Shown in pieces: positions 28,201 through 40,200 of a stretch of DNA of 64,000 nucleotides. Under the pieces are notes generated by a model, which searched no databases, was not told the origin of the DNA, and worked only from the letters and a program-made list of their open reading frames with translations. Position 1 is the first letter of the stretch. Each line of letters starts with the position of its first letter. The DNA is from Balanoglossus misakiensis (Eukaryota; Animalia; Hemichordata): the NCBI GenBank assembly GCA_040954595.2, contig CM082577.2:6560301-6624300 (forward strand), given 5' to 3'. Made by a program: the position numbers and the translations under genes.

Positions 28201-31200
28201 AGATAGATTTGTGCATATTTAATTACTGCATTAGTTGTTCTATCACTCCAAATGCCAAGGGTGTATGTGCTGTGGATGCTGAGATGTGGAAAAGTAGGTC
28301 AAAGGTCACGTGAGGTCACGCTTAATATGAGCAGAAAATGTTTACGCTATACTGGTCCATGTCAAACAAAAACCAGACCTGTAGCCCTACTGGTTTACCT
28401 GGAATTAGGTATGCACATAATTAATGAGTTAGGCAGGTGTCACAGGTGACTCTAAAATTTGGCTTCTTATTTTGGTCCCGTCCACCCAAACACCTAAGCT
28501 GTACCTGCTCTGGATGCCGAGATATGTGAAAGTAGGTCAAAGGTCACCCAAGGACATCCAAAGTTTGGGGAAAAAAAATTGTCCCCATACTGGTCCATGT
28601 CCGACAAAAACCAGACCTGTAGCCCTATTGGTTTGCCTGGAATTAGGTATGCACATAATTAATGAGTTGAGCAGGTGTCACAGGTGAGCCTTAAATTTGG
28701 CTTCTTATTTTGGTCCTATGCTGCAGACTATTGCACCGACCAGAATTCTACAAAACTATGTGGCCATAGATTAAGTATAGTGGAATAAGTATAGGTATAG
28801 ATTTCATAAAAAAAATTAATATAAAAAAATCGGTCGATTTTCCATATTATTTTTTCCAGTTGGAAATGATTGTCGGAAGGTAGGCTAGCTACACACAAAA
28901 TTTGAAGCTGATCAGCCCAGCGGATGTTGAGATATTGGGCATAAATCTAAAATCCTAGGGGGCCATTGCTTAACCATGGAAAGTATAGGCCAATGGCTGG
29001 GTCCAATGGTCATGGAAAATATGAAAAATAATGCTTTAAAAATCATCTCCTCAAAATCGGCAAGGACTTAGACATTGAAATTTGGCATATAGGACCCTGG
29101 CCATATGGTCCACAAAGTTTCTGAACAGAATTTGGATTCTTCATTTTTTATGCAAATTAGACCAATTTAAAAGTTTAAATCCAAGATGGCTGCCAGGTCA
29201 TGTGACCTGTTGCCATAGTGACATGATCAGAAAATTACTTGCTTTGAGTTTTACCTATGAGCCAAATTTCAAGTCATTGGGTGCAACGGTCTTCGAATAG
29301 CGGCTGTTTTTAAAAGTGGGAAGAAGAATAATAATAATAATAAAAAACAACACGATTTCAAGAGGGTTTCGAGACCCCTCTGGTCTCGAAACCCTAAAAA
29401 GTTTCATCTACATTTCACTTGCTCAAGGTCTGAAATTAGACAATTGCTAAATTTTAAAGTGATATAGCATACAAGCAAACAGAGCACATTACATAAGTCG
29501 GGGTTTACAACAAATGGAAAACTATATGTCCGTCCTGGAAAAAAATAATTGCCAGCGATTTGAGTCTACAATTGTCCCTTCAAAGTACATGGCGAAGTTT
29601 ATTATATAGTTTTTATCTACAGTGTTATAGTTGGATAGTCTCGAAGTACAAAGACAATGATGCAATCAGTCTAATTATAACATGTATATCACATGTACCA
29701 ATTCCACTAAAATTGTGACGGCATACAAGCTTAAAACTATCACTAAAACTAAGTCTGAAAGCAGTTCAGTTAATTTAACAATGGCATTCTACATTTTCTA
29801 AACTTACTATCCATAGTTTTGTAATCACTGACAAATATACACGTTTGGATTGTGAAATCTTCGGGAAGGTCTACATAAACAAATGCAGCGTGTACTTGGA
29901 ACTCTCGGGTAGGCGCTGGAACGCTTTGTGTTTGCCTTTGGTAATTATGATACGGATCGTATTCAGGGCGAACTTGGAACTCTCTTTGTGTTTGCCTTTG
30001 ATACGGATTGACTGGAACTTCTTTGTCCAGCTCACCATTAAAGAAACGTTGTACCAGGGATACTATGTCACTTTTGACTGGTGCTGGTGACACCTTTTTT
30101 CTTTGAGCTGCAAATTCCTCATAATTACCAATATGCATATGAGGCTTATGATCTTGGTCTCCTACTCTACCACTGCCTCTAATGGTAGCAACTGGTGTAG
30201 GTTTCTTACGCTGCGCATATTGGCGATGCAATGCTAAGTCTGCTAATGATCTTGTATTGCGCTTAGCAAATATGTCAATACGAAACTTGAATGATTTATA
30301 ATTGTGTTGTGCAGGTGGATCAAATATGAACACAAGATTTGATGGCAATTTTTCATTTTTTGCATATTGATGTGATTGACGTTTTGTATAACCTTGCTGC
30401 TTTGACATATCATCAACTTGATCAAGTGTCCCGACAGTCACCTGCCATTGAAGATAGCCTTCTGCATTTCCTGTTTGCGCTTGATAGCGGGAAGGTTTCT
30501 CTCTTTCACTACAAGTTTGTTGGTAGAGGGCTACACATGAATATCTACTTCCTCTATAGCCGCGGTTTGTTGGAGCTACACAGGGTATTTTTGCCCGGGA
30601 AAGTTCAACTTTTGAACATTTCACGGGAAAATGATGCTGGTCATGATCCTTGTAGCCACTACTGGACTGGCTTGTCACAGTATCGTTATACCAGTATGTG
30701 TAACATCTAGGCATTTCGTCAAGAGACTGGCCTGATACAAAACCAACACCACCAGACTTGCTTTTCATTGCATGATGTTTAAATGCTTTATATAAATGTG
30801 GCGCAAATTTACTCTGGAATTTTTCATAAAGTGGTGATTTTTCAACACTTTCGATTTCTTCTGGGGTCATAAATGTGAAGCGAATAAATGGTAGTACACC
30901 GCCAACTATTTCCTCTATGTTTTCGCTTTCGTCAAGGGCCTGTATCCAGCTGGCTACAGCCTGAAATAGATAATGCTCGCTTGATACAATCGATTCGCTG
31001 CACTTTAGAATAGCACAAATTTGGTGGAAGTTTAAGGTCTGCCATTCTGGAGCGACCAACGCTTCGTCTAAGCTTTGCGCTATGATATCAAAACAGTCGG
31101 GATCTAAAGCTACTGAATTGTAGGAGCTGGTTTGTTGCCACCACAGCAGCGCACCTCGCACATTTCCACACTCGACAATTTCTTTGCTCATGTATCCTTC

Positions 31201-34200
31201 ACACGCAGCTTTCAAACTCCGCACGTCATATTTGTCAGCCAAGGCTAATACAGGGAGTGTTGTGGCAATATTTAACTGAATCTGCCCACAATACATGAAT
31301 TTCAAAAATGCGTCAAACACTGCCGCAGCTTCGGCTGTTTCCGAGAGCTCTACGACATGCTTCTGCGCGTCTCCCCAGCGGGCCTCCAGCAGCATCGTCT
31401 TCATGACATCGCTGAAGTGGGCCAGTAGGAACTTGTGCACATGGTAGTCTTTGCCTTCCACCCGCAAAATCACATCGCTCAATTGCGGATTGTTATAAAG
31501 GTCGTTAGATAGGGAAGTGACGAAGGCTTCGACTGAACCAGCCGTTCTTTTGGGTACGTTCATCCCAGCTCTGTTCTGCAGAGTACTCATCAAACTTTTC
31601 TGCCTTGCTAGTTTATTAACCTGCCCAAACATACTCTGGAAATTAATAATTCATAATTCATAGTTAGTTAGTTGTTGCCCTTTTGTAACGGACAATATTC
31701 AAAATCTTTGTTCAGTGATGAGTTAGAGTGTACAGAATCAATGGTATTGACTGTTCCAGAGTTTAAAACTCAAAATGGCTAACTTGTACCAACAAAATGC
31801 TAGGGTAAAGGTCACACTTGGGTCATGCAAGTGGCCTATTGCAAACTTGGGCATCGGAAAGTGGCCTAATAGAGGGTTATTATGACAGTTTTGTTCACTA
31901 ACAGTTAATCATTAACTCGAGTCAATGCTGATATTCCAGTCATTTATTACTTGGTGTGTCGATTAGGGTGTGTGAAATAGAACTGCATTTTCATGAAATA
32001 AAACTAAGTATGAGAGAAAATGTTGTTTTCGCTACATTATTGTGCTTATCATATTTTGAACTACCTTTATGAAAATTGTATCATTCTACCAAATTTGTTA
32101 ATAGGTTTCAAACATAAAAAAATAATTACTGGTTTCAAAAATGAAAGTACACAGTAGTCAATAAAAACGGCAGCAATTGCTAGATTGAATTTGACTGGAT
32201 GATTAACATTTGTCATGGCAGATGATTTCAGTTTTTCAACCACAGACATAACTAGCAAGTATATTTAGAGCAAGTTCATGTTCAACTCACCAATCCAATT
32301 GTAGGTTACGTAGTACGTAGCTTCACTTGACAATATGCAAAAGAGGATGATCTTGCAACTTTAATCTCGGGGGTTGTCAGTGCAATCCCAGTTGGATCCT
32401 TCAAATCTGCTAATTCCAGTTGCTAACAGCCTAGTATGAGTCTGCAGCTTTGTTTCCTCCTCACCTGTGGTCTTGTACAGAGTGGTACGACTATACTATG
32501 AATATATTATGACGTATCTTGACATGTAAAATATGTGCAAGGTGGTTCAGATCTGATGCAATCATTAATTTATATTTCGATGAAGTCCTGGGCATTGAAG
32601 GAATTGAACTGTAGCCCAGACAAAATCCAGGCTACAAATTTTCTGCAATATGTGATCAGATAATGTTTTATTTTATTGGTCTTTTTTGTTTCATTCACCG
32701 AGTGTCATAAGTAACCACCCCTACAAAGAATGAGTTGTACCAGGAGACGTGCAACAATTTCACAATCTGATAAGAGTGGAAAAGGTGGCGACATAAATGT
32801 GTCAAACACAATCAAGTGGCTTTCTAAATATGAATAAAATGCCTATATATGGCCATCAATGTCGTAATGGAATGTCCAGATTCCTACCACCGTCACAAAA
32901 GTTATTCTTTTTCAAATAAGCATCATTTACATGTAGTTTATTTCATCTACAAACTTCACTTGCAGTTAACTATAGCAAACAACAGCATTCAGATGAATTC
33001 GTTTGTTTTATTATGTCCACATAATGTGATTTTTCTGAATATTTTACGATGACTTGCTGGTAACTGTGTGTATGGGATCTGAACCCATACCCACAGACAA
33101 GACTAACCCCACTTTTTAACCAAGTAAAATGCCTTGAGGAAATCGCAGCATTTATGTTAAAATAAATAATTAATGCCACTTTCTTCTGCACGGACTCTTG
33201 CAGATGGCCAACCTTCAACAAACCCTACCTGGCCTCTCTGCACGCCTCGGCAATCACCACCACAACACATTGCAACAATGTTCCCAATGATGTGTGGGAG
33301 AAGATCGTCAAAGCCGGAGAGCAGCAGATGGCAGAGACATTCTCCCAGAGGGTAAGCTTTCACAATGTGGTGGAAATTTCCGTAAGAGTGTGGATAGAAG
33401 TTACTAGACTGGGGAGTGAAAGATTTTGTGAAATAATGTATCACGCAGAAACATAGTACATGGCCAATTGCATAGTTGTATGTTAACTTAAACTAAACCA
33501 AAACTCTGATTTGATAGTGCCTATTGTTTCAGTGGAGTTGTAACTGACCATTGACCGACGCATGGTGCAGAAAAGAGTTCAAATAGACGTGTCTCTCAAA
33601 TCTCGTGCTGATTCCTGACATCAAATCCTGCAACTCCATCAACAGCAATGGAATAGTATCAGGGAGTTTCTCCAAATATATTTATGAGCAAGACACCTGC
33701 TTGCCTACTAATTTTAAATAGGCATTAACCAAGGATCTGTGATATGTTTTTTCCCCCCAGGAATGGCCCATCGATGGTGGTAAGAACTTGTCCGAGGAAC
33801 CCCTATCCAGAGATCTTCTGTTGACCGGTCACGAAGACGGCACTGTCCGATTCTGGGATGCCTCCACCGTCTCTCTGAAATTACTCTACAAACTGACCAC
33901 AAGTAATATATTTATATCAGAGTCTGAGCACGCCGAGGGCAACGCTGGCGGAGAGGGAGACGAGGACTGGCCTCCATTCCGTAAGGTAGGCGCCCCAAGT
34001 GAAGTTTTATTCCAAATAGCATAGCAGAGATGTAGAAAATAACTGCCACCTTAAGCTTTCAGCAACACAGTTTAGAATGTGAAAACATCACAACAGAAAT
34101 GGGTCTACACATGCACACACACACACACACACACATAAATATGCATGCACGCAAACACACACACTTAGCTGTGAAGTAGTTGAACATGTTCAAATGAAGG

Positions 34201-37200
34201 AACACTTATATCCAGACTCTTGTTCTGTGTCTTTGTTTAGGTTGGCACCTTTGATCCATACAGCGATGATCCCCGTCTGGGAATCCAGAAGATTGTACTG
34301 TGTGCAGTCACTGGAGACTTGGTTGTCGCCGGCACAGCAGGTCAGGTCCTGAATCTCAAGCTTGCAGAGGAAGGTGTGGAACAGACAGTTGAGGTGAGTT
34401 ACAGATTCCAGTGTGTTGCGCTCTTGCATTCTCAAAGCATATTCTTCGATATCAAATGACGTCAGACGCGCTCAGGCAGTAGTTACGTTGGCATTCAAAT
34501 TTCCAGATGACGGGCAACTTCAGCAACGTGGACTTACGTGGTGCAGACAAAGACTGTGCAGACGAAATGCAATGAGGCAGATGAGGCACCATACCTGATA
34601 CATGTCATGTGTTTGGCGGTCCTCAAGTAAAAACATAATCGGAAAAACTTTTACTGGATGCCGAAATATTGCTTGCCCGTCATCTGAAATGACAACGCCA
34701 TGGGTCACATGGCCAGATCACGTGATTGATAGTAAAGAATTCTTGTTGGCGAATTTCCTTTTTTTGGGGTGATTTTTCTCCCACACTTTTTTGCTGCATC
34801 ACTTCACTGACTCACTTAGTATCATTGCTGTTGTTGTTGTTGTTTTTGCAGTCTTACCCTGTCAATATTGTCAGTGATCACGATGAGTTTGTATGGAAAG
34901 GCCACGATCAGCTGAATGTGAAGACTGACCCCATCAAGATGAGCCCCGGTTTCCAGACCGCCGGTGTGGTCCAAGTGACCCCGCCCGCAGCCGTCACCTC
35001 CCTGGCCCACTCTGTCGACAAGGGATTACTGGCCGTCGGCACAAGCCACGGATACGCTCTCTTCGACACACAACAGAACAAGGTCGTCATTGCCAAGTGC
35101 ACCCTCAACCCCCACGACCTCTCGGGCGATACCCCAATCGCCCGCCGCAAGTCCCTCAGAAAGTCCCTGCGCGAGTCCTTCCGCCGGCTGCGCAGACGTC
35201 GCTCCCGCAAGGAGAAGGAGGAGAAGCCCCGCGTGGAGGCGGTTCCCACAACGGATCTGGACGCCCCGACCCCGGAGAAGGAGGACTCCCCGGCTGTGGA
35301 GGCCGCCGAGGAGGTCAAGGAGGAGGAGCCCAAGGAGAAGGTGGAGGAGGAGAAGAAGGAAGAGAAGAAGGCCGAGGAGCCGGAGAAGGTGCCCGTCGAA
35401 CGCAAGGTGGAGGCGCGTTCCATGGACGATTCCATGACCAGCATGGTTAGATGCTTGTATTTCGCCACAACGTTCATCCTCCGCGACGGCACCACCCCGA
35501 CCACCACTTTCTGGGCTGGTACAAACGCTGGCACCATCTATGTGTACCAGCTATCCATTCCCGACGAGGAGAAGCGTTCTGAGGACAACGTGACCGCCGA
35601 ACTTGGTAAGCAGTGTGGTGTTTTTTTTTTTTGCGGTATTGTTTTGATGAAAAGTACCCTTTGTATTCTAGAGATGACACGTATAAGAAGGCGAAGCTGA
35701 AGCTGTTGAATGTTCATCACAGAGATAGTAAATTGCGTGTTAAACAAGGCAAATATAATTGTGTATTTTCAAAAAAAATGTGTTGATCATAAGCACACAC
35801 ACCTCGCACCACGTTCACACACACACTCAGACACGTGGAGAGTCCATCTTTGAATCTGCCAAGTTTTTTAAACAACAAACTTTTCCCTCGACACACAGGC
35901 AAGGAGATTTGTCTGAGGCACCACGCACCAGTCGTAGCAATGTCTGTTATCGATCACGATGGCTACCCGTTGCCTGACCCCATTGATGTGAAGAACGAAA
36001 GAGCCAAGGCCCCCAACATGTCCGGCGGCCATTCCGGCAGCCATTCCATAGTCATCTGTTCAGAGGAGCAATTCAAGGTGAGATTCGTCAAATCCCTCGA
36101 AGGTACAGCCACATGTCTGTCTGGTCAGTCACTATAGCCGGACAACAATCTGTTTGCTAGAACAAACAAACGAGGGTAAAACCCACAGAGGATGATGATC
36201 TCCAAGTGTGTGATAAAAGCTCTCATTTTACCATAATCCATTATTGAAAAATGGATGGATTTGATATCTAATTACCATCGATTTTGCAGCTATATTATTT
36301 GCCAAATTAATAACAGCAATGGAGGAATTTGAAATCTGTAATCTAATTTAGATTGATTTTTGACACTGTTGGCTGTTTTATTTGACCAATCAAAAGTTAA
36401 TTCTGTTGGCACATTTGGTGTATTAAGTGGTCATAATCTTTCTCTCTCTCCAATCTTCTTTACATTAGGTGTTCTCTCTTCCCAACCTGAAACCCAAACA
36501 CAAGCATAAGTTGACCGCTCATGATGGATCTCTTGTCCGTAGAGTGGCCTTCACTAATTACAGGAGCAGAAGTGGTGAGTGAGAGTTCTCTACAAAGAAG
36601 CGGGTTTCTCAGAAAAATGTGCGACACCCGTGTATATGCTGGGGCCTGCTGCCGTCTATATGTTGGGTCTGTCATTGCATGCATAACGATGGAAAGATAT
36701 AAAATTCACACAGGATTAAAAATGTCACAACATCAGTTAGCGCGATTACATAGCTGCTACCATCCTGTTGTTGCGGAGACTAATTCACTCCGTCGATCTT
36801 ACTGCATCTTCTGATGTTTTAATTCTCTGATTTGTTTCAGATGATAATTACTCTGAAAATTGCATCAGTTGTCTGTCTAATCTGGGTGAGCTGAGCATCT
36901 ACAGCATTCCACAGTTGAAACCACAGCTGAAGAAATCGGCAATCCGTAAAGAAGACATCAATGGAATTAGCTCTTGTATCTTTACCCACAATGGCGAAGG
37001 TTTCTATCTCCTTTCACCATCAGAGTTTGAAAGGTAACTGTGCTTGTTGAAACTTGACGGGTTTTCGTTATTTGGGTAGAGATGTTTTGGCAAAGGCCAA
37101 CAAAGAAAATGTGAGGTGTGCACAGAGAGAATTATCAATCTGCGAATTTTGTGACGTACGTTCAGTCAACAAACACTGGATGCTGTTTAAAAGAAGGTGA

Positions 37201-40200
37201 CTCACATCAACATTTTAGGCGCCAAAGTCAACTTGTCATCAGCTTTCACAAATTTTTCCCTGAATTTTTGGAAAAGACATGTAGACATTGGTAACTTATG
37301 TCCTTTTGGTCCAGAATGAAGATAAATTGTGCATAAAATGAGAAAATTTTACGCCTGTCAAACATTTTGGCGGGAAAGTTTGTGTCGGTCAGAGGGTTAA
37401 ATTCTCCCAACCACAACTCATTCTGTACTGTCTCTTCTCTGTGTGGAAACAGGTTCTCACTGTCAGCCCGCTACATAAAGGAACCCATGTGCATGCTTGA
37501 ACTGAAAGAGGGAATGAGGCCAGCCCCTCCAGAGCCGGAACCAGAACCAGAGCCGGAACAAACGGAAGAGGAGAAGGAAGGCGAGAAGAAAGAGGGCGAG
37601 GAGGAGGAAGGCGGCGAGGCCAAAGAGGAGGAGGGAGAGAAGGAAGGCGAGGGAGAGACCAAAGAAGGGGGAGAAAGCGCCGAGGTGCCCGCTGAGACAA
37701 CTGAACAGAAGGAGGAACCAGCAGAAGACACTGCCCAAAATGCCGAAGGTAAATGAGAAAACGGCTTGTTTTGTGACGATGGCGGGAGGCAATGCTATCT
37801 ATATACGCTTCTTTTACAGTCTTTATAGCAGTCGCCAATGTACACTGTCTGATCTGTCAAAGTTGGAATGTATATGTTCAAGTCTTGACTTTGTGTTGCC
37901 TCTGAAGAGAACAGTCACTCGTACCTCACATAAAAAGATGATCTGGGTGATTCACAAATAAGTCTGAAAAGTACAGAAAAGATTTATTTTTTCTGTTTTT
38001 TTTTGCTAGTTTATATTTTTTGTGTAGTGTTTATTATTAGCTTTGCTTATGTGGTGCTCACACAAAGTAACTACAAACGGGTGATTAATGGCTCGTCATT
38101 GCAATGAACTTCTTGGTTAGCCGTACACTTTGTCGTAGTTTTAGGTTCTCTGTAACTTAAAGCTGCCTGGTGATCTCTGACCTTTTGAACTTTGAACTGC
38201 TTGGTGTGGTTTGGTTGTTTGTGAGGTGTTGTCCCCACAGCGACCGTGAAGTTTTTCGATGCCTGTATGTGCACTTAAAAATGTTTGCAGCATGGAGTGT
38301 ATGGAGATCCTCTTGCATTCTTTATTTGCGTACATATTTGTAATCTTTTCACTGCCACTAGTCTCGCAAAAGGACAGTTTCTCATTCTGTAGAGCCAGCA
38401 CTTTTTATTCCAAGTAAGATTGCACTTACTCTAAAACCGTCCTTTGGAGATAATTCAGTGAAAAACAAAATTATGAACACCCATTTGACATTACTGAATG
38501 AATATCATGGCGGTGAAGGGATTGACAATCTTTGGATGTCTCTGATAATGAGTTTGTGTCTGTCTGCATGACGGGATTATGCATCTGAGTTCAACACTCG
38601 CAGTGTTGCTGTGAAATACTTTTTGAGCCGTGCAGTTTTTCAGAGTGATAAATTAGCAGTCTGGGGCAAAATTCTTGCCTGTCTTTACCGTTAGCTTAAC
38701 ACGACGTTGGTGTCTTGATATGACTGGTTTTAAGAAACTGCAAAACAACATGAAGGCAAAGGGCTGGTTTGCTCTTCCTAACAATAACTGCCAGCTTTAT
38801 CTACTAACTCTGGTGCATTTTAAGGGGTGTTAAGATGGATGTACTGTTAATTCTAAATGCACTAAACTATCTGTTAAAAAAACCTGCAGAAAATTAATGT
38901 GCTATTTCTTCTTCCTTTCCAGACTGTTATATATTATACTCCTGCACGTTGGTCAAATCTTCTTCGCTTAGTTCCAAAAAAAAAATAATAATAATGATAA
39001 ACCACAGCAAAGCTTATTTACTGTGACAGAAAATGTACTAACTGTGAAATTTTCCACCCTTGTTTTTATCTTTGCTCTTTTTTTTTATGGACTAACACCC
39101 ACCACCCAAAACCCCTCTTTGCCACAGCAACAGAACACATAGTATCAGAACAAACCACAAGCACCACTTTGTTCAGTTCGCCGCCTAGCCACACCGTGTA
39201 CGAATACCGCACGGTGGAGACCACCGACTCGGGAGGGGTCCGGCAGACCCAGCACACGCGGGTGGTGGACACGCAGTTTGAGAGCATTGTAGAAACCAAA
39301 AGGGAGACCCACTCGGGCAGCTACCAACACGGCATGACATGGGACATTGTACAATCTGTTCTTCACGATGAGCACATGGACAGTAAGCACTCAAGTACAT
39401 GGCATGTGAATATGAAAAGTTTCACTGCAGACAGAGCTTCTTACCGACACATTTTTGGGGGTGGTTGTTGTTGTTTGTGTGTGTGTGTGCGTGCCCTTCT
39501 TCTGGAAGTTGGGGGTGAAACATTTGGGATCATGGAGGTATAAAATTGAAGAGTGACAATCACCCACCGCAAATGCACTTGAATGTACTAAAATCTCAAC
39601 CCAGCCACTAACATTTTTAACAAAGCTGTGAACATTGCATTTTGGAATACATCTCGCTTCACTACAATCCTTAGCACATCATCTGGTACTGAAATGACCA
39701 ATTGCATGACAACTTTTGAAAATTAAAACTTAAGATTTAGTTCACCAGATTGGTGTGTATTAGGTTCTACCAAGTTTAAAAACTGCATGATGTTGAAGTT
39801 TCATTTGACACTTTGCATGAATGAAAATAGCACCACAAATTAAGATATTCTGGAAAAAAAAGTATTGGGTGATCATAGTTTCATTCAAGAGCAATGTTGC
39901 CCAGAGTGACCTTTGAACTCTCCTCCTTATTGGAGGAGTTTGGCAGCCTTGGGTTGTCATGTCAAGTGTACCTTTGTTGACATGCATTTGTACAAGAAGT
40001 GTGGTCGACCTTAGTTTGCAAACCAACCCCTGTGTGACCAGGTCGTTGAAATGTTTTTTGGGGTGGAGCACGGTTTTCACTCTGATGTTTTGCACCTCCA
40101 TGCTGGGGACAGAAACTACAAGTTTTTTTTTTTTTTTTGCAATTTATGAGACATCATCTATTCCAGAATACAGCCGAGGCAATCGGACACTGCTGACGTC

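Noticed and set aside
34908-35537. 209-aa antisense ORF and alternative-frame ORFs over the large Lgl exon (likewise 37389-37838)
   Set aside because: Shadow frames of GC-rich, Glu/Lys-rich coding sequence.
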